From assembly GCA_951406725.2 (NCBI GenBank), contig OX597838.1, forward strand, positions 22,134,001 to 22,198,000: a DNA stretch of 64,000 bases, written 5' to 3'. Source of the stretch: Octopus vulgaris (Eukaryota). The position numbers were made by a program, and so were the translations under genes. Below, piece by piece: positions 58,373 to 64,000 of the stretch; within the stretch, counting starts at the first letter, position 1; each line of letters begins with the position of its first letter. Below the pieces are notes generated by a model. That model made no database searches, was not told where the DNA came from, and saw nothing but the letters and a program-made list of their open reading frames with translations.

Positions 58373-58630
58373 GTGGAGGCGCGTGGCTTAGTGGTTAGGG
58401 TGTCAGCACCATGATCGTTAGACTGTGGTTTCGATTCCTGGACGGGGCGACGCGTTGTGTTCTTGAGCAAAACACTTCATTTCACGTTGCTCCAGTCCAC
58501 TCAGCTGGCAAAAATGAGTAACGCTGCGATGGACTGGCGTCCCGTCCAGCTGGGGTACACATACGCCATAGAAACTGGGAAACTGGGCCCATGAGCCTGG
58601 CTAGGCTTTAAAAGGGCGCATTTATTTATT
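58373..58630 (+). mobile_element. SINE family D (head D plus tail D), 12-bp TSD
   Basis: TATTTAAATACG at 58361-58372 and 58631-58642; Meta-domain-like core and GCGATGGACTGGCGTCCCGTCCAG V-domain-like segment. Confidence 0.92.
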
Positions 58631-58796
58631 TATTTAAATACGAGCTAGAAATATATTCCTGTCGTGGAAACAATAATTCGAAAGATTTCTACATCGTGCC
58701 TTGGGCCTTCAGACAATCACTCACGCTCATATACTCATGGCCGGCCTTATTCGGAAACAGTATTTTATTTATTTTATTTTGGCTATATAAGAAAGA

Positions 58797-59179
58797 GTGG
58801 AGGCGCAATGGCCCAGTGGTTAGGGCAGCGGACTCGCGGTCGTAGGATAGCGGTTTCCATTCCCAGACCGGGCGTTGTGAGTGTTTATTGAGCGAAAACA
58901 CCTAAAGCTCCACGAGGCTCCGGCAGGGATGGTGGTGATCCCTGCTGTACTCTTTCACTACAACTTTCTCTCACTCTTACTTCCTGTTTCCGTTGTACCT
59001 GTATTTCAAAGGGCCGGCCTTGTCACTCTCTGTGTCACGCTGAATATTCCCGAGAACTACGTTAAGGGTACACGTGTCTGTGGAGTGGTCAGCCACTTAC
59101 ACGTTAATTTCACGAGCAGGCTGTTCCGTTGATCGGATCAACCGGAACCCTCGTCGTCGAAACCGACGGAGTGCTTCCC
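58797..59179 (+). mobile_element. SINE family C, full length, 12-bp TSD
   Basis: ATATAAGAAAGA at 58785-58796 and 59180-59191. Confidence 0.95.
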
Positions 59180-59632
59180 ATATAAGAAAGACGAAAGATG
59201 AAGTTAATCTGCTCAGTGAGATACGAAAGTCAGGATTTTAAAATGTCGTAGCCTCAGAGATATTACGTCTATCGGCCACTCTGTTGTCCGACCCTGACAT
59301 TCTCGCCTCGCTTTCTTTTATCCTGGTTTCAATTTTAGATGCAATAATATTTCATTTGAAATATAATACGGAAAGAAAATTTGAGTAAATAATAATATTT
59401 TTGATGAAAAGTTTCATTTATTTTCTTTGTTCTTTTCTCAATAAATACAAAAAATATTATTCTTCACAATGGATTTCAATATGAAATGTCTGTCGCGGAA
59501 TAAAAAAAAAAGAGAGAGACACACAGCTTGTGACGTCAGTGTTTTTGTATAATGAAGATGTTGTCTACGACTTTAATTAGATTTTAGTAAAAACAGGCAT
59601 AGCAACAACAGCGACAACCAATAATAATAATG

Positions 59633-59693
<61 letters not shown>

Positions 59694-59708
59694 TAATAAT
59701 AATAATAA

Positions 59709-60065
59709 ATTCTTTTATTGCCCACAAGGGCTGACAAAAATTAATTATAACATAAAGAGACAAAACACAGGACGAAAGTTACAAAGGGTTTTATCCGTTT
59801 GTAAAATCCGAGTAAAAAACAGTTTAACAACGAAAGTATAACAATGAAAAACTCCTAATAAGGGGAGGCGTTTCGACAGGTTCCTGGTGGAAAAACCCAT
59901 AAAAGCCACAGGAGCCTGGTCAAAAGGGGGGTAGAGAGCCCCTTTCTCCTTTTGTAATACCTTTTTCTTACAGGTGTATCCTCAGAATGGCTCCTTTCAT
60001 ACTGGCCATTCTTGCAACATTTATCCACCTTCCAGTAAACTTGCTATCGGACAGCGCTTCCCTTC
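59709..60065 (-). mobile_element. Second Tx1-like family, 3' end abutting (ATT)n
   Basis: REALSDSKFTGRWINVARMASMKGAILRIHL* is homologous to the C-terminus ending at 51504. Confidence 0.8.
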
Positions 60066-60621
60066 AGTATCAAGCCTCTCATGGCTTCTGATCTCAAGTG
60101 ATTGGTAGTGTTATCATGTACATTGTTTTATCTTGGTATGAAAGAAGGGCTACAGCAAATATTCTGCTCAATACCACAGATTTGCTTATCAGTTGCTTGG
60201 ACTTAACCTGTTGAGCATGACCCTTAGTGGGATATGTGCATTTCTGATCGCGAGCAGAAGTAGTGGAGGAGCATCATAGCCATGTGTTGAGAGGAATTGT
60301 TTTGGGGTTTGAATAATTCACCCCTGGAAACAGCTGTTTTGTTCATCATCCTTAATCAACCCTAATTCAGAGAACTTTTGAGCGAAATAAGCTACTCAAC
60401 CTGAAAAAAATTCTGAGCTCCACTTGCAAGGTCTTGCACTGTTTATCTTGATATGAGGTCACCATGTCGTAGATGTACCGTTGTGATGTATGTATCTGGT
60501 GCATCCTTTTCAGACGGGTATATTGGGTTTCGTATAGTTGGGCTTCTTATATTTGTACACCCAATGTAAGTTTGATTGCTTGCACTGCTGTCTCTCACTC
60601 AATAATTAAAATAATGAGTCT

Positions 60622-61090
60622 TTTCTTTATGAACCACCGAAGGTTCATATAAAAAGATTGAGGACAGTGCGGGAGAGAACAATAAAGTCGGATTGAAACA
60701 TGTAAATAAAGAATAACAACGAAAAATTTCAATGTTGAAATCCTCCTAGGGCTGCTCGTGGAAACTACACAAAGAACACGATCGTCCTGGCCTCTGGTAC
60801 AAATGTTCCTCCTCTTCATCAACCCTCGATCTACATACCCATGCAAGGCTATCTGCGCTAGATTCATCCATCTTTTAACAAAATTGCTAGGAGGCAGCAA
60901 TTCCCTGTTCACTCTTATTTTCTTTTATGAGTGAAACTTGAAAAAGTTGATGAGGGCTTAGCCAAAGGGGAAAGTGTCTGTTTTCAGTCATTTGAACCCG
61001 GTCCACCACATAAACTATTTCGACAAGGCCAGACAATGCCTTTCCTGACATTGTTTCCAAACCTCTGACAAAGTGAATTGCGTCATGGTG
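60622..61090 (-). mobile_element. Third, decayed Tx1-like 3' fragment
   Basis: WWT..LKTDTFLFG..LINFFKFH..KIRVNRELL..FVKRWMNLA. Confidence 0.78.
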
Positions 61091-61107
61091 CTGTATGTAT
61101 ATGTATG

Positions 61108-61145
<38 letters not shown>

Positions 61146-61538
61146 TACATATGTGTGTGTGTGTGTATGTATGTATATATATATACATATGAGCGGGATG
61201 ACCACTATGTGGACAACCCTTATGCTAGAAGTAAATATATATATATATATATATATACCAAACGTCATAATTTACAAAGTTTTAAGAGGACGTGAAATAA
61301 TCGTTTTTGAAACATGATCCTTAAAGCATATAAGCTATAAAGCTATAAAAATGTGCCGGTAAATATTGGATTGAAAATCCCCTTTTGATTGAACCATTCG
61401 AAGTCTGCCCGTGGAAAGCGAACCTACATCTCGAGCCTACAAATTGCCTGTCTAATAATTTCATTTACAAAGCATTGCTCGACCCGGGACTATAGCAGAT
61501 GGCACTTGTACAAGGTACCGCACTGTGGTAGATAGATG

Positions 61539-61623
<85 letters not shown>

Positions 61624-62842
61624 ATAGTGTAATGTTTCATAACTTTCACCATTATTATAAGACATCGCTTGTGTCAGCTAAACGCCTGATCTGCAAAAAA
61701 AAAAAAAATAATAAAAAATAGCCGCTAAACCTTCCCAGATCATCTTGATAAATATCGGAAGAAAGCATATTCGATACAGTACTCTCAGATACACAATGCC
61801 AGGGAAAAGAAGAGATGGTTTCGACTAAAATATCTCTGCATCAAAGGCCTGTTAGATGAAGGATTACTGGAAGCGAAGCAACAACAAAAATAACAGCAGC
61901 AACTGCAGCTGCTGTAGTAATCTGTTATCGGTCTAAATTGTCTGCTGTGTTTCTTTGGGATTCTTTAATCAAAGAACAGCCTTGCATTTTGTTATCCATT
62001 TTGGCTGGCACAGTTTATCTTTGGTCTACCAATCACGGTATCATTATATATCGACAATATGGCTGAAGGGAGATGTTTCGCTGGAACATTTTGCTTACTA
62101 AATAAACATACGTTAGATTCTCACAAATGTACATGATACAGTGAGTTGAAAAGGAAAATAAAGCAATAACGAAATGACTGTTTATTTAACTGCGATCATC
62201 CATGCAATTAATAGGGAAAGAAAAAAAGCTTCCTTACGATTAATTGGGATCATCCATGCATTTTGTACAAAAATAATTCCTGCTTAAAATCTACAAACAA
62301 TAATAAGAAAGGGAGATAATTTAAGTCAGATCAGATAACTGTAATTTGGAGAAAATGAAGTTGACGTATATTATATACACTTTTCATGTTTTTATCTTTT
62401 ATTTTTTACTTGGCTCAGTCACTAGACTGCGGCCAAGCTGGGGCACCGGCTTGAAGAATTTTTAGTCAAATAAATCGTCACCAGTATTTATTTTTCTTCT
62501 TTATTTTTCTATATATAGATTAGTTATTCTCACTGACTAACTCCATATCCACTGTAATCAGGAGACCACTGATAAAAGACATTCCAGTTGTGACTACCAC
62601 ATTTTTTTTGGGGGGGGGGCTGCATTTCTAGAGCAAAACATTTTCCAATTTCTTCGTACTTTACTTAAAAGAAAGTTTATTCAGGGATATTGGCTACCAC
62701 TTTTAGTGAGTCGAACTACGCAGTCTAGATTTCGTTATGTTCTTACACATAGGCATCACATTGTGTTTAAAAGTTTCTCTCCTTCACAGACTGATGGTTC
62801 CAGTTCGATCTAGCCGTGTGGTGGTTCTTCTCTAATTTATCT

Positions 62843-62901
<59 letters not shown>

Positions 62902-62961
62902 TGTATGTATGTATGTATGTATGTGTGTATGTATATATTTATATGTATATATTTATATGTA

Positions 62962-63000
<39 letters not shown>

Positions 63001-63006
<6 letters not shown>

Positions 63007-63235
63007 ATCACGTGACCGACCAGACCATCGAATGATGCCACCCCGCTGGTTAAGCGAGCAGGCCAACAGAAGAAAGAATGGGAGAAAGAGTGGTGAAAGA
63101 GTACAGCAGGGATCACCACCCCCTGCCGGAGTCTCGTGGAGCTTTTAGGTGTTTTCGCTCAATAAACACTCACAACGCCTGGTCTGGGAATCGCAATCAC
63201 GATCCTGCGACCGCGAGTCCGCTGCCCTAACCACT
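63001..63235 (-). mobile_element. SINE, head C plus tail E
   Basis: Head C, then TGTTGGCCTGCTCGCTTAACCAGCGGGGTGGC..GGTCACGTGATCACGTG. Confidence 0.82.
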
Positions 63236-64000
63236 ACATACATACATACATACATACATACATACTATATATACATACATACATACATACATACATACAT
63301 ACATACATACATACATACATACATACATACATACATACATACATACATACATACATACATACATACATACATACATACATACATACATACATACGTACAT
63401 ACATACATACATACACACATACATACATACATACATACATACATACATACATACACACATACATACATACATACATAAATACATACATACATACATACAT
63501 ACATACATACATACATACATACATACATACATACGTACGTACATACATACATACATACATACATACATACATACATACATACATACATACATACATACAT
63601 ACATACATACATACATACACACATACATACATACATACATACATACATACATACATACATACATACATACATACATACATACATACATACATACATACAT
63701 ACATACATACATACATACATACATACATACATACATACGTACATACATACGTACATACATACATACATACATACATACGTACATACATACATACATACAT
63801 ACATACATACATAAATACATACATACATACATACATACACACATACATACATACATACATACATACATACATACATACATACATACATACATACATACAT
63901 ACATACATACATACATACATACATACATACATACACACACACAAACATACACACATACATACATACATACATACATACATACATACATACATACATACAT
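63236..64000. repeat. (TACA)n microsatellite running to the window end
   Basis: Visible array. Confidence 0.97.

Noticed and set aside
60066-60610. Complex non-microsatellite stretch that looks like an interspersed repeat (also 7950-8240, 9840-10260, and loosely related old fragments at 24150, 35140, 61690, 62530)
   Set aside because: No diagnostic motif or reliable second copy to classify it without a database search.

Overview
Eukaryotic, AT-rich, almost entirely non-coding DNA. The repeat content (very dense TA/CA/TACA/GATA/AAT/GAT microsatellites plus several tRNA-derived SINE families) suggests an Octopus or other coleoid cephalopod genome; that is an inference. Nearly all ORFs in the track are translated microsatellites. 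The only real protein-coding signal is decayed transposon sequence: mariner transposases, RTE, R4/Dong, L1-Tx1 and HERO-like LINE pieces, and Penelope-like (PLE) GIY-YIG endonucleases. One possible host exon lies at 49345-49445. Three hidden layers stand out. (1) About 15 type-I hammerhead-ribozyme motifs, read by eye, sit in short repeats often embedded in (TA)n or downstream of PLE ORFs; they include an inverted pair and a family with an apparent A6U core change. (2) LINEs appear to partition microsatellites: Tx1 in (GATA)n and (ATT)n, Dong-like in (TAA)n, and one SINE family shares a Tx1 3' tail. (3) SINEs are modular, with two heads combined with three tails. Family letters A-K are my own labels, and boundaries of decayed repeats are approximate.
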